Part shown: positions 1 through 10,585 of the stretch, piece by piece
How the letters are laid out: every line of letters begins with the position of its first letter
Position numbering within the stretch: position 1 is the first letter of the stretch
Assembly: GCA_947503335.1 (NCBI GenBank)
Contig: CANNCY010000004.1
Span: forward strand, 66,305-130,304
DNA length: 64,000 nt
Direction of reading: 5' to 3'
Source of the DNA: an uncultured Pseudomonadales bacterium
GTDB taxonomy: Bacteria; Pseudomonadota; Gammaproteobacteria; Pseudomonadales; CANNCY01
Position numbers and translations under genes: made by a program
Notes under the pieces: generated by a model
Told to the model about the DNA's origin: nothing
What the model saw: the letters and a program-made list of their open reading frames with translations, nothing else
Databases searched by the model: none

Positions 1-222
1 GCGTGCACGCATCTCGGCCAAAACTACGTCAATACCTTTTTTGTCGATGATACGCATACCTTTAGTTGATACACGTAGCTTAACAAAACGCTTCTCGGCT
101 TCTACCCAGAAACGGTGAGTCTGTAGGTTTGGCGAAAAACGACGCTTAGTACGGTTCTTCGCGTGTGATACGTTGTTACCAGTTACTGGGCGCTTACCTG
201 TAACTTGACATACCTTTGACAT
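1..222 (-). CDS. rpmB: 50S ribosomal protein L28 (partial; C-terminus lies outside the window)
   Basis: Minus-strand ORF running off the window start, with ATG at 222-220 preceded by GAGG. Translation [74 protein letters not shown] matches bacterial L28. It is absent from the ORF track because the stop is outside the window. Confidence 0.85.
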   Translation of the reverse strand, partial: MSKVCQVTGKRPVTGNNVSHAKNRTKRRFSPNLQTHRFWVEAEKRFVKLRVSTKGMRIIDKKGIDVVLAEMRAR

Positions 223-494
223 AATTCGCCTCAATCCAATGTTTACTAACTCGCGCCCAAGGATTGACCCTTTCATGACGCATTAAAATCTTTCTTTAGG
301 GGCTGATACGGTGTCTTTTCTACACCACAGCACTAAACAGGGCGCGTTTTATACCAAAACACCCACTATTATGTCTAGCCGAAAAACCCAGAACTGGTTA
401 ATTTGTAAACATTTCACCCTTGTTTTGGCAAGAGTGAACGCTGCAAGCTAGATTGCCTTGTGGCAGTTAGCCTTTAAGTCTTTCGGTTGTCAGC

Positions 495-1169
495 CTATAA
501 CAAGCCCCTTTCAGCGAATGATACCACGTCTGTGTCACCAACAACCATATGGTCTAATACCACAATATCGACCACTTTTAACGCTGCAATAAGCCGTTGA
601 GTGATTCGCTGATCAGCCTGACTAGGTTCTGCGATACCCGACGGGTGGTTGTGCGCAAATATAATAGCTGCGGCCTGATTCTTCAGCGCTTGAATAACCA
701 CTTCTCTTGGATACACACTTGCCCCATCTATTGTGCCCTCGAATAGCTCTTCAACCAAGATCACTCTATGCTGAGAATCTAGGTATAGACACATAAACAC
801 TTCGCGGTGGCGACCTTTTAACGCAGAGGTTAAAAAACGCTTAACAGCATCAGGGTTAGTCATACAGTTGGGGCGGTCTAATTTTTCTAACCGGTGACGC
901 ATCGCCAGCTCGCGCACGCATTGAAATAACGCATAACGTTTTGCGCCAATACCTGCCACAGTGACCAGCTCAGACCGATCAGCTGCAAAGAGCGCCGTTA
1001 GCCCGCCAAATCGCTCTAAAATTTTACGGGCCAGATCAACGGCAGATGCCCCCGACACCCCTGTGCCCAATAGAACCGCTATCAGCTCGGCATCTGACAA
1101 TGCACAAGGCCCCTGTGCAATCAATTTTTCAACCGGCCGTTCAGCGCTTGGCCAAGATTTAATGGTCAT
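495..1169 (-). CDS. radC: RadC/YicR family JAB-domain protein
   Basis: 224 aa. N-terminal HhH-like region (LSDAELIAVLLGTG) and C-terminal JAMM motif (HNHPSG). Conserved position between rpmB and coaBC, as in E. coli and Pseudomonas. Confidence 0.85.
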   Translation of the reverse strand: MTIKSWPSAERPVEKLIAQGPCALSDAELIAVLLGTGVSGASAVDLARKILERFGGLTALFAADRSELVTVAGIGAKRYALFQCVRELAMRHRLEKLDRPNCMTNPDAVKRFLTSALKGRHREVFMCLYLDSQHRVILVEELFEGTIDGASVYPREVVIQALKNQAAAIIFAHNHPSGIAEPSQADQRITQRLIAALKVVDIVVLDHMVVGDTDVVSFAERGLL

Positions 1170-1252
1170 GTAAACACTCGCCCTGTTATGTCTTTTATAG
1201 GGTGAGAATGCTATCTTAGTGGCTTCTGTGTGGGCTAATTCTATTACTTCAT

Positions 1253-2461
1253 ATGAGCACTCTTACTAATCGCCGCATTTTATTAGCCATCACTGGTGGC
1301 ATTGCCGCTTACAAATCTGCCGAGTTAACCCGACGCTTAAAAGACGCCGGCGCTGACGTACGCATTGTGATGACCCGAGGCGCACAAGAGTTTATTACCC
1401 CGCTAACCCTGCAGGCGCTCTCTGGCCACCCTGTACACACTGAGCTGCTCGATGCCGAAGCGGAGCTAGGTATGGGCCATATCGAATTAGCTAAGTGGGC
1501 CGATCTATTACTGATCGCCCCCGCAACAGCCAATTGCATGGCTCAATTAGCGCAGGGCAAAGCTGACGATTTGTTATCGACTATTTGCTTGGCAACCGTG
1601 GCACCTATTGCTGTTGCCCCAGCGATGAACCAAGCCATGTGGGCAGACGCCGCAACACAGGCCAATCTAGACACACTGCAAGCCAGAGGGTTTCATATAT
1701 GGGGCCCTGGCCAAGGTATACAGGCTTGCGGCGATATTGGCTATGGCCGTCTGCTTGAAGTAGAAGAACTAGTGACGCACTGCCAACAGATGTTCGAATC
1801 GGGCGCACTTGCTGGCCAGCATGTCGTCATTACGGCGGGCCCTACCCGAGAAGCAATAGACCCCGTGCGATACATTAGTAACCATAGCTCGGGTAAGATG
1901 GGCTTTGCCCTAGCCGAAGCGGCAATAGCAGCCGGCGCCAAAGTGACCTTGATCGCTGGGCCCGTTAATCTTGCAACCCCCGAACGCTGCGAGCGCATTG
2001 ACGTCGTCAGCGCCCAAAACATGCTTGATGCTAGCCTTCAGCTGATTAGCGATGCCGACATCTTTATAGCAACGGCCGCTGTAGCCGACTATCGACCTAT
2101 AAATCCGGCCGACCAAAAGGTTAAGAAAACCCCATCAAGAGAAGAGTTTACTCTGCACCTAGTTGAAAACCCCGACATCCTGGCTACGGTTGCAAACCAT
2201 GCTGACCGCCCATTTTGCGTTGGCTTTGCTGCTGAAACCCAGCAGGTTGAAGATTACGCCCGTGCAAAACTCGCCAAAAAGAACCTAAATATGATTGTTG
2301 CTAATGATGTTAGCGACCCATCTATTGGGTTTAATAGTGATAACAATAAGGTTACCCTTATAGACCAAACATCGTCGACGTCAATCGGCCCACTAAGTAA
2401 GCGGGCACTTGCAGATAAGCTAATCATCGAGATGGCGAATCGACAAAAGGCACAACAATAA
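1253..2461 (+). CDS. coaBC: bifunctional phosphopantothenoylcysteine decarboxylase / phosphopantothenate-cysteine ligase
   Basis: 402 aa. N-terminal flavoprotein domain (ILLAITGGIAAYKS) and C-terminal CoaB domain (ISNHSSGKMG). Divergent from radC, as in enterics. Confidence 0.9.
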   Translation: MSTLTNRRILLAITGGIAAYKSAELTRRLKDAGADVRIVMTRGAQEFITPLTLQALSGHPVHTELLDAEAELGMGHIELAKWADLLLIAPATANCMAQLAQGKADDLLSTICLATVAPIAVAPAMNQAMWADAATQANLDTLQARGFHIWGPGQGIQACGDIGYGRLLEVEELVTHCQQMFESGALAGQHVVITAGPTREAIDPVRYISNHSSGKMGFALAEAAIAAGAKVTLIAGPVNLATPERCERIDVVSAQNMLDASLQLISDADIFIATAAVADYRPINPADQKVKKTPSREEFTLHLVENPDILATVANHADRPFCVGFAAETQQVEDYARAKLAKKNLNMIVANDVSDPSIGFNSDNNKVTLIDQTSSTSIGPLSKRALADKLIIEMANRQKAQQ

Positions 2462-2473
2462 TACAGGTGCAAT

Positions 2474-4921
2474 ATGGCTACTGCGTCTACCGCCGCGCAA
2501 TATATTCGCGAGCATAAACTTCGCATTACTGCTTTATCGACTCTTTTGGTTGCTATCTTTTCAGCAGCCTATATCGCCATCTATTTTGGCTATATCGACG
2601 AACAACGCCGACAAAACGTTAATCAAATCGAACGCGAAATGGGCGCGCTGTTAGTTGACCGCATCAACCTTCGTATTGAAGAGCTAAAGAGCCCTGTTAA
2701 CCGCCTAGCTACCCGGCCTGACACCTTGGCCCTAGTTACCAGTGACTCGCTATCGCAGCAACTGTGGCTAGATGATCAAGCGCTTAACTATTCGTCAGTG
2801 CTGCAGTTTGCAATGATCGGCGAGCGTGACGACCTAAATAATCACAAACGCTTAGGAAAACTAAGCTATACCGACATCGATCTATTCAACCGTGCCCGAG
2901 CGACCAACCAACCTCAGATTGAAGCCGTTAAGATCAATAACGAATGGATCATTCGCTACATCGTGCCGATCGCTGATAACGAAAATAATTCAGCACTGCT
3001 GGTAGCTAATCTGTCGCCTAACTATCTGGCGGCTGCCGTAAGCGCGTTGCCAGCTTCGATTACCTCGGCCGCTATTTTGCAAGAGCACAACGGCAAGCTT
3101 CAGCCTTTCATCAATAAATCATCAGACGTTAAAGGCGAGAATGTTGGTAACTTAGCAGAAACTAATTGGAAGGTACGCTATAGCACCGCCGCATCGATCA
3201 TGATTCCGGCTGCACCGATGACCACGTTGGCCTGGCTGCTATTGGCATTAAGCTTAGGTACAAATGGTGCGCTGCTGTGGATGTTTTGGCCTATTGTTGG
3301 CCAGACCTATACCGCCAAGAATAATACCTCTAGCAACACTACCTCGATTGACGAAAACGATGACACCGGCGAATCAGTGGTTGAGCCATCAGCGTCGATT
3401 GCCGACATCACCGCACTTACTAGTAAGAAAAGTGACGATAACACCGCTGTGCATGACAGCGATGGCGACACCGACGATCTAGATAGCGTGTTTGATTTAG
3501 ATATCGATGAGTTAGATGAAGCCGCGCCAGAAGCCGAGTTAGTTGAGCACAATATCGATGCTCGTATTTTTCGAGATTACGATATTCGCGGCATCGCCGA
3601 CACACAACTTACTGATGAAGCCTGTCTAACCATTGGTCAAGCCATTGGCACACTTGTTCAAGAAAAAGGTGGCGAGTCGCTGTACGTTGGCCAAGATGAC
3701 CGTACCTCATCTGATCGCATAAAGCGCTGGCTAACCGAGGGCATACTTTTAACAGGCTGCGACGTCATTGATATCGGTTCTGTACACACCGGCCAGCTGT
3801 ATTTTTCGGCCTGTACTGGTAACACCCCCCACGCCATTATGGTGACCGCATCGCACAACCCTGCCGAATACAATGGCGTAAAAGTGGTGATCGATGGGCG
3901 TGCGCGTGGTGGCGAAATTATTCAAGAGTTATTGTCTCTTTGTAATAGCCACCAGTTTAAATCAGGGCAGGGCGACCGTCACAACGAAGACTTTAATGCC
4001 CGATACATTGGTCATATTGCTAGCGATATAGCCATTCTTGACCCCCTCAAGGTTGTCGTAGACTGCGGTAACGCCGTAGCTGGCCGTATCGCCGTAGAGC
4101 TATTCGAATCACTAGGTTGCGAGGCCATTGGCATCAACTGCGACATCGACGGGATGTTTCCTGCCCATGACCCCAACCCCAGTGACCCTGCCAACATGAA
4201 GCAGCTACAAGAAGCTGTGGTGAAAGAGCAGGCTGACTTGGGTATTGCGCTTGATGGCGACGCCGACCGTGTAATGGCAGTGACTCGTAATGGCGAGATT
4301 GTTGAACCTGATCAACTTATCGCACTGTTAGCAACTGATCTACTAAGCCGGCAGCCTAGCGCCACCATTGTCTATGACGTTAAGTGCAGCCAACTGGTTG
4401 CGCAAACCATTAAAGCTGAGGGTGGTGTACCCATGATGGCCAAGAGTGGCCACAGCAATATCAAGCAAGCAATGGTAGAACACGACGCTGCTCTTGCTGG
4501 CGAGTATTCGGGTCACATCTTCTTTCAAGAGCGCTGGTTTGGCTTTGATGATGGCTTATATGCTGCCGCGCGGCTAATCGAATTTATCAGTTTAGACGGG
4601 CGCAGTTTAGATGAACTTGTCGCTGACCTACCTAAGCCTCATGCCTCGCCAGAATTTAGAGTAGACGTGGGCGAGTTTGATAAGAACGAGCTGATGCGCA
4701 AAATTATGCGTGCCCTGAAAGAACTTGAAGGCGATCGCGAGTTAGTTGATGGCTTGATCATTAGACAACGCCACGCCTGGGGCCTTGTACGCCCCTCGAA
4801 TACCGAGAACGCCTTAACCTTTAGATTTGAAGGCAACAACGAAGATCGGCTCAATTCATTTACCGAAAAGTATCGTTCGGCCCTAGACGCGGCTGAACTT
4901 GAGGTTGAGCTACCTTTTTAA
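2474..4921 (+). CDS. algC: phosphomannomutase/phosphoglucomutase (AlgC-like) fused to an N-terminal two-TM module and an acidic linker
   Basis: 815-aa uninterrupted ORF. The C-terminal ~460 aa carry PMM/PGM motifs (IFRDYDIRG, TASHNPAEYNGVK, GIALDGDADR, GEYSGH). The N-terminus has two hydrophobic helices (aa ~18-38 and ~247-272) flanking a ~200-aa segment, followed by a D/E/S/T-rich linker. It sits upstream of argB, as algC does in Pseudomonas. Confidence 0.8.
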   Translation: MATASTAAQYIREHKLRITALSTLLVAIFSAAYIAIYFGYIDEQRRQNVNQIEREMGALLVDRINLRIEELKSPVNRLATRPDTLALVTSDSLSQQLWLDDQALNYSSVLQFAMIGERDDLNNHKRLGKLSYTDIDLFNRARATNQPQIEAVKINNEWIIRYIVPIADNENNSALLVANLSPNYLAAAVSALPASITSAAILQEHNGKLQPFINKSSDVKGENVGNLAETNWKVRYSTAASIMIPAAPMTTLAWLLLALSLGTNGALLWMFWPIVGQTYTAKNNTSSNTTSIDENDDTGESVVEPSASIADITALTSKKSDDNTAVHDSDGDTDDLDSVFDLDIDELDEAAPEAELVEHNIDARIFRDYDIRGIADTQLTDEACLTIGQAIGTLVQEKGGESLYVGQDDRTSSDRIKRWLTEGILLTGCDVIDIGSVHTGQLYFSACTGNTPHAIMVTASHNPAEYNGVKVVIDGRARGGEIIQELLSLCNSHQFKSGQGDRHNEDFNARYIGHIASDIAILDPLKVVVDCGNAVAGRIAVELFESLGCEAIGINCDIDGMFPAHDPNPSDPANMKQLQEAVVKEQADLGIALDGDADRVMAVTRNGEIVEPDQLIALLATDLLSRQPSATIVYDVKCSQLVAQTIKAEGGVPMMAKSGHSNIKQAMVEHDAALAGEYSGHIFFQERWFGFDDGLYAAARLIEFISLDGRSLDELVADLPKPHASPEFRVDVGEFDKNELMRKIMRALKELEGDRELVDGLIIRQRHAWGLVRPSNTENALTFRFEGNNEDRLNSFTEKYRSALDAAELEVELPF

Positions 4922-5830
<909 letters not shown>

Positions 5831-5851
5831 TGCGTAACGCGTTTTATTTGC

Positions 5852-5890
5852 AGGCCTATACGTGAAAGGGTAGGATATAGGCCTTTATAA
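5852..5890 (+). terminator. possible intrinsic terminator after argB
   Basis: 9-bp stem AGGCCTATA (5852-5860) / TATAGGCCT (5875-5883), followed by a weak TTTATAA tract. Confidence 0.35.
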
Positions 5891-5938
5891 ACAGCGGCTT
5901 AGCGCGCTAATAACTACTAGCTTGTACAGTGAGAGACC

Positions 5939-6556
5939 ATGACGAACGCTAACAAACCTAACCGTCGACAGCAGATTCTTGAATCCCTTGCGCTGATGCT
6001 TGAAAGCAGCCCTGGTAGCCGTATTACTACAGCGAAACTTGCCAAACAGGTCGGTGTTTCAGAAGCAGCGCTATATCGCCATTTTCCTAGTAAGTCTAAG
6101 ATGTTCGAAGGCCTAATCGATTTTGTTGAAGAGGTTATTTTTTCGCGTGTATCAATGATTACTAAAGACGCTAGTTCAGCAAAATTACAGTGCGAGCGTA
6201 TTCTTCTACTGCTTCTTAACTTTACTGAACGCAACCCAGGTATCACCCGTATTCTTAATGGTGATGCACTAACCGGCGAGAACGATAAATTGCGTATGCG
6301 CGTAGGCCAACTTTACGAGCGCCTTGAGACTCAGTTGAAGCAAATCATTCGAGAAGCTGAAGCGCGTGAAGGGCTACGTACCACCATCTCTGCTCAGCAA
6401 TCGGCAAATATGATGCTAGCGCTTGCAGAAGGTCGCATTGGCCAATTTGTACGCACCGAGTTTAAGCGTAAGCCGACCGCTGACTGGGCTGATCAATGGC
6501 AACAGTTAATCGCTGGTCTATTCATGACCCGTGAAGAGGCATTAAAGAACTGGTAA
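5939..6556 (+). CDS. slmA: TetR-family nucleoid occlusion factor SlmA
   Basis: 205 aa. The N-terminus [49 protein letters not shown] closely parallels my recollection of E. coli SlmA ([50 protein letters not shown]). It lies in the coaBC...pyrE neighbourhood, as in E. coli. Confidence 0.8.
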   Translation: [205 protein letters not shown]

Positions 6557-6581
6557 AACAGAATCTTAAGTACATTAAAAA

Positions 6582-6614
6582 AGGCTAGACGCGTACCGCA
6601 TCTAGCCTTTTTTT
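6582..6614. terminator. bidirectional intrinsic terminator between slmA and the convergent DUF4124 gene
   Basis: Hairpin GGCTAGA...TCTAGCC, flanked by an A-run upstream and a T-run (TTTTTTT) downstream. Confidence 0.6.
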
Positions 6615-6652
6615 GTATCTGTTGATTCTACGTGGCAGTTACGCTTTCAAAG

Positions 6653-7276
6653 TTATTGTATTGCGCGCGAAGACAGATACTTAAAACGCTCGGTATACAA
6701 CTCAAACTCACGAGCGATACCAACTAACTGCTGATCATAATCAGCCAACTGTTGGCGACGGCTTTGAATGCCTTCTCGCGTCGTATCGATCGAGTGTTTA
6801 AGGGTCTCGTTAACTTCAAGCTCTTTACGCTCTAGGTCAGCGGCTTTGCGAGTTAGACGAGCAAGTTCTTGTATTTCGTGCTCTAAACTCGCCTTAACCA
6901 TGGTTTGGTTATACTGTATATCGTTTACACGACGTTCACGGGCAATATCGATTTCGCTAAGGCTGCGGAATCGTATTAGCAACTGTCGATCGGCCTCGGC
7001 CTGCCGTTTTGCCGCTTCTTGATCGGCCTTAAGCTTTGCGTAAGCTTCTTCAGACAAGGCCGCTTCAACTTTGCGAATCACGTCGCCGCGCACATTGACC
7101 ACTTCATAACCGCGCTTAGCCATTTTTGGCGGCAAGGTTTGTGTGATAACTCGCTGACCATTGGCGTCAACATAACGATAAAAGATCGCCTCAGCCGACG
7201 CCAGCTGTGACAGGCTTAAAGCGCCTACCAACGTTAGCACACCGATTGATTTTGAACGTTTCATCTGACCAAACAC
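6653..7276 (-). CDS. secreted DUF4124-like coiled-coil protein
   Basis: 207 aa. Signal peptide (IGVLTLVGALSLSQLASAEA). DUF4124-type N-terminal motif (FYRYVDANGQRVITQTLPP). The remainder is charged heptad-like coiled coil. Confidence 0.6.
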   Translation of the reverse strand: MFGQMKRSKSIGVLTLVGALSLSQLASAEAIFYRYVDANGQRVITQTLPPKMAKRGYEVVNVRGDVIRKVEAALSEEAYAKLKADQEAAKRQAEADRQLLIRFRSLSEIDIARERRVNDIQYNQTMVKASLEHEIQELARLTRKAADLERKELEVNETLKHSIDTTREGIQSRRQQLADYDQQLVGIAREFELYTERFKYLSSRAIQ

Positions 7277-7295
7277 ACTTGCCCCCTTGGCTTAA

Positions 7296-7940
7296 TTAGT
7301 CGTCGATTCCGTAACGAGCACGATACTCTTGCATCGCAGCAACTCGCTCAGTATCACCCTGCGCTTCTAAATATGCAATCAGGTCGGCCAACTTTATGAT
7401 GCTCACTACTGGAATATTATGACGTGCTTCAACTTCTTGTATCGCAGATAGTTCACCTTTGCCCTTTTCTTGACGATCAAGGCCAATTAACACAGCTGCC
7501 GGCGTCGCCTCTGAGGGTGCGATGATATCCATTACCTCGCCAATTGCTGTTCCGGCCGTAATCACATCGTCGATAATTACAGTGCGCCCGGTTAGCGGAG
7601 CGCCTACCATTACGCCGCCCTCGCCATGATCTTTCTTCTCTTTGCGATTAAAGCAAAAAGGCACATCTTTACCGTGATCACGAAACAGTGATACCGCGGT
7701 GGTTGCCGCTAGTGGGATACCTTTGTAGGCAGGGCCAAAGATCAAGTCGTAATCAACGCCTGACGCTTCAAGCGCCGCTGCATAAAACTCGCCCAATTTG
7801 GCCACTGCAGCACCGGTTCTAAATTTACCTGCGTTGAAAAAATAGGGGCTTACTCGACCAGATTTGAGCGTAAACTCGCCAAAGGTGAGCACCTCTTGTT
7901 CGATGGCAAGTTCAATGAATGCTTTTTGATAACTATGCAT
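7296..7940 (-). CDS. pyrE: orotate phosphoribosyltransferase
   Basis: 214 aa. PRPP-binding motif ([12 protein letters not shown]). Synteny with crc and rph. Confidence 0.9.
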   Translation of the reverse strand: MHSYQKAFIELAIEQEVLTFGEFTLKSGRVSPYFFNAGKFRTGAAVAKLGEFYAAALEASGVDYDLIFGPAYKGIPLAATTAVSLFRDHGKDVPFCFNRKEKKDHGEGGVMVGAPLTGRTVIIDDVITAGTAIGEVMDIIAPSEATPAAVLIGLDRQEKGKGELSAIQEVEARHNIPVVSIIKLADLIAYLEAQGDTERVAAMQEYRARYGIDD

Positions 7941-8088
7941 GGTAAGCCTCAGAATTTCGACTAGATTGTATTAAATTGTTTGATGTAATAATAATTGCTC
8001 AGCCTAGTATATGGGCTAGGCTAACTGTACAAGTATAGTGTTTATCGGTTCTGCGTAGTAATGAACAATTGCCGAGCCCGAGGGAATA

Positions 8089-8868
8089 ATGCGAATAATT
8101 AATCATAGTGTTGATGGATTGCCCACTGCGACCGAGCGCGGGCTATTTGATTGGCTAGCTCAGCAAGATGCTGACATCATCTGTTTACAAGACGTGCGAA
8201 TGGGCGAGTACGATATTATCGATAACCCCAAAATGCAGATAGACGGCATGTTTTGTTATGTGTTTGATAGCCCCGATGGTACCTACAATGGTGTAGCTGT
8301 ATACACCAAGGTTCAACCCAAGGCGATCATGACTGGATTTGGTTTTTCGAGTGGCATTGATATGGACGGCCGCTACGTTCAGGCCGATTTTGACAAAATC
8401 AGTATTGGGTCGTTGTTAGCGCCCTCTGCTAGCTCTGAAGCCAGCAGTTTAGAAGAGAAAATTCAATTCTTTGATGATCTTCAAGCGCACATGAACAAGA
8501 TCACCCGTAAGCGTCGCGAGTATGTTTTTGCTGGTAATTGGCATATGGTGCATACCGAAAATGACGTAACAAATGCCGATAGTCACCGTTCGTCGACAGG
8601 CTTTTTAGCTCACGAGCGCTTGTGGCTTGACCAGGTTTACTCTGAACTTGGCTATATCGACGCGTTTCGCCGCTCAAACAAAGACACCGATGAATACAGT
8701 TGGTGGCCTAGCGGATCGATCGGCGAAGGTGATGGTTGGCGACCTGATTTTCAGATCGCCTCAGAATCGATGGGCAACAGTGTTGAACACGCCGCTATAT
8801 ACAAGGGTCAGCTATTTTCAACGCACCTGCCCGTGATCATTGATTACGATTACGAGCTAGAACGTTAG
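8089..8868 (+). CDS. crc: catabolite repression control protein Crc (ExoIII/EEP fold with degenerate catalytic residues)
   Basis: 259 aa. EEP-fold motifs are retained ([64 protein letters not shown]). Canonical ExoIII catalytic positions are substituted (QE->QD, GDxN->GNWH, SDH->STH). The pyrE-crc-rph position is as in Pseudomonas. Confidence 0.65.
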   Translation: MRIINHSVDGLPTATERGLFDWLAQQDADIICLQDVRMGEYDIIDNPKMQIDGMFCYVFDSPDGTYNGVAVYTKVQPKAIMTGFGFSSGIDMDGRYVQADFDKISIGSLLAPSASSEASSLEEKIQFFDDLQAHMNKITRKRREYVFAGNWHMVHTENDVTNADSHRSSTGFLAHERLWLDQVYSELGYIDAFRRSNKDTDEYSWWPSGSIGEGDGWRPDFQIASESMGNSVEHAAIYKGQLFSTHLPVIIDYDYELER

Positions 8869-9581
8869 GCCAAGGCTTCTCGTTGCAGGTCGAATAGCTC
8901 TTTACAGCCCTTGCGACCTAGATCTAATAGGCTAGCAAGGGCGTCGTCGTTAAATGGGGCGCCTTCAGCTGTGCCCTGAATCTCTACAAAACCTTGGCTC
9001 TCGATCATGACGATGTTCATATCGGTCTCGGCCGACGAATCTTCTGGGTAGTCTAGGTCTAACACCGGAACACCCTCGTAAACCCCGACTGAAATAGCGG
9101 CGATCTGATTAATGAGCGGCATCTCTTTAATCATACCCTCGCTAATCATGTGGTTGAGCGCATCGATTAAGGCCACACAGGCGCCTGTGATAGACGCGGT
9201 TCTAGTGCCACCGTCTGCCTGTATGACATCACAGTCAATAGTGATGGTATGCTCGCCTAGCTTTGATAGATCAACAGCAGCGCGTAACGATCGCCCAATC
9301 AGTCGCTGAATCTCTTGCGTTCGACCACTTTGCTTACCACGGGCAGCTTCACGCGCCATGCGCGACCCAGTCGATCGCGGCAACATACCGTATTCGGCTG
9401 TAATCCACCCTTTGCCTTCGCCTCGCAAGAAACGCGGAACACCTTCAGCGACTGATGCCGTACACAAAACATGGGTATCACCACAGCGAATCATTACCGA
9501 CCCCTCACCATGGCGAGTGTAATTGCGTTCAATCTTGATATCGCGCATCTGGTCATAGGCGCGTTCGCTAGGTCGGATCAT
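8865..9581 (-). CDS. rph: ribonuclease PH
   Basis: Strong similarity to E. coli Rph ([26 protein letters not shown]). The ORF-track start at 9596 is TTG. The ATG at 9581 (MIRPSER...) aligns with homologues and has a GAGAGA Shine-Dalgarno (SD) sequence. Confidence 0.9.
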   Translation of the reverse strand: MIRPSERAYDQMRDIKIERNYTRHGEGSVMIRCGDTHVLCTASVAEGVPRFLRGEGKGWITAEYGMLPRSTGSRMAREAARGKQSGRTQEIQRLIGRSLRAAVDLSKLGEHTITIDCDVIQADGGTRTASITGACVALIDALNHMISEGMIKEMPLINQIAAISVGVYEGVPVLDLDYPEDSSAETDMNIVMIESQGFVEIQGTAEGAPFNDDALASLLDLGRKGCKELFDLQREALA

Positions 9582-9680
9582 AGATCTGTCTCTCAAAATG
9601 GTTAAGTTAGCCTCGCAGTATAAGATACTTAAGGCGTTGTGCTAAACTCGGCGTTTAAGTAAATAACAGGGTTGACTAAC

Positions 9681-10541
9681 ATGCGCAGTATGACCGCCTT
9701 TGCCCGCGCGACCGTTTCAGCTGAATGGGGCAGTGCCACATGGGAGATTCGTTCGGTAAACAGCCGATACCTAGAGACCCACTATCGCATGCCTGATATT
9801 GCCCGCGAAAGCGAAATGCCTTGCCGAGCGGCCGCACGTAAGCTGGTGACTCGTGGCAAGTTAGACTGCAACCTGCAATTGCAATTTAACGAAGCACAAC
9901 AGGGTGTGGTGGTTGACGACGCGGCCCTGGCTAGCTGGCTAGCGGCCGCCAAAAAAGTTGCTGACGCAGCCGGCCAAGCGCAACCGATCGACCCGATGAA
10001 CGTGTTAACTCGCCCAGGTGTTGTCGTTGAGCAAAAAATTGATCGTGACTCGCTTCAGACCGTTATTGTTGAAGCCTATACCAATACCCTCAACGCGTTG
10101 AATGACGCTCGTGATATTGAAGGCGAGGCCATAAAGGCGATGATCGCACAGCGCTGTGATGACATTGAGTCGCAAGTTGCCGATGTTCGCGCCAACATGC
10201 CTGCGATTATTGAAGCGCACTATCAAAAGATGCGCGACAAGCTATCAACCCTTGCTGTTGAAGCAGACGAAGGGCGAGTTGAGCAAGAGATGGTGATGAT
10301 TGCCACTAAAGCAGATGTCGACGAAGAAGTTGATCGTATTGATGCTCACCTTGCCGAGATCAGACGCCGTATTGGTACCCGCGAGCCGGTTGGTCGGCGA
10401 CTAGACTTCTTAATGCAAGAGCTAAATCGCGAAGCCAATACGCTCGGCTCTAAAGCAGTGTCCTTAAGTTCGACCAACGCCTCGGTCGAACTAAAAGTGT
10501 TAATAGAACAAATGCGCGAGCAAATTCAGAACGTTGAGTAG
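9681..10541 (+). CDS. yicC: YicC-family stress-induced protein
   Basis: MRSMTAFAR... and C-terminal VGRRLDFLMQELNREANTLGSK...ELKVLIEQMREQIQNVE match E. coli YicC. The ORF-track start at 9672 is TTG, so I prefer the ATG at 9681. Confidence 0.85.
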   Translation: MRSMTAFARATVSAEWGSATWEIRSVNSRYLETHYRMPDIARESEMPCRAAARKLVTRGKLDCNLQLQFNEAQQGVVVDDAALASWLAAAKKVADAAGQAQPIDPMNVLTRPGVVVEQKIDRDSLQTVIVEAYTNTLNALNDARDIEGEAIKAMIAQRCDDIESQVADVRANMPAIIEAHYQKMRDKLSTLAVEADEGRVEQEMVMIATKADVDEEVDRIDAHLAEIRRRIGTREPVGRRLDFLMQELNREANTLGSKAVSLSSTNASVELKVLIEQMREQIQNVE

Positions 10542-10585
10542 GCAGCTGTGCTAACCTACACCTTTGAAAGCCTAAGGAATTAAGA

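Noticed and set aside
7990-8030. Hairpin AGCCTAG...CTAGGCT in the pyrE/crc divergent promoter region.
   Set aside because: It is a short 7-bp stem that is not repeated elsewhere in the window and not placed like an attenuator or terminator.
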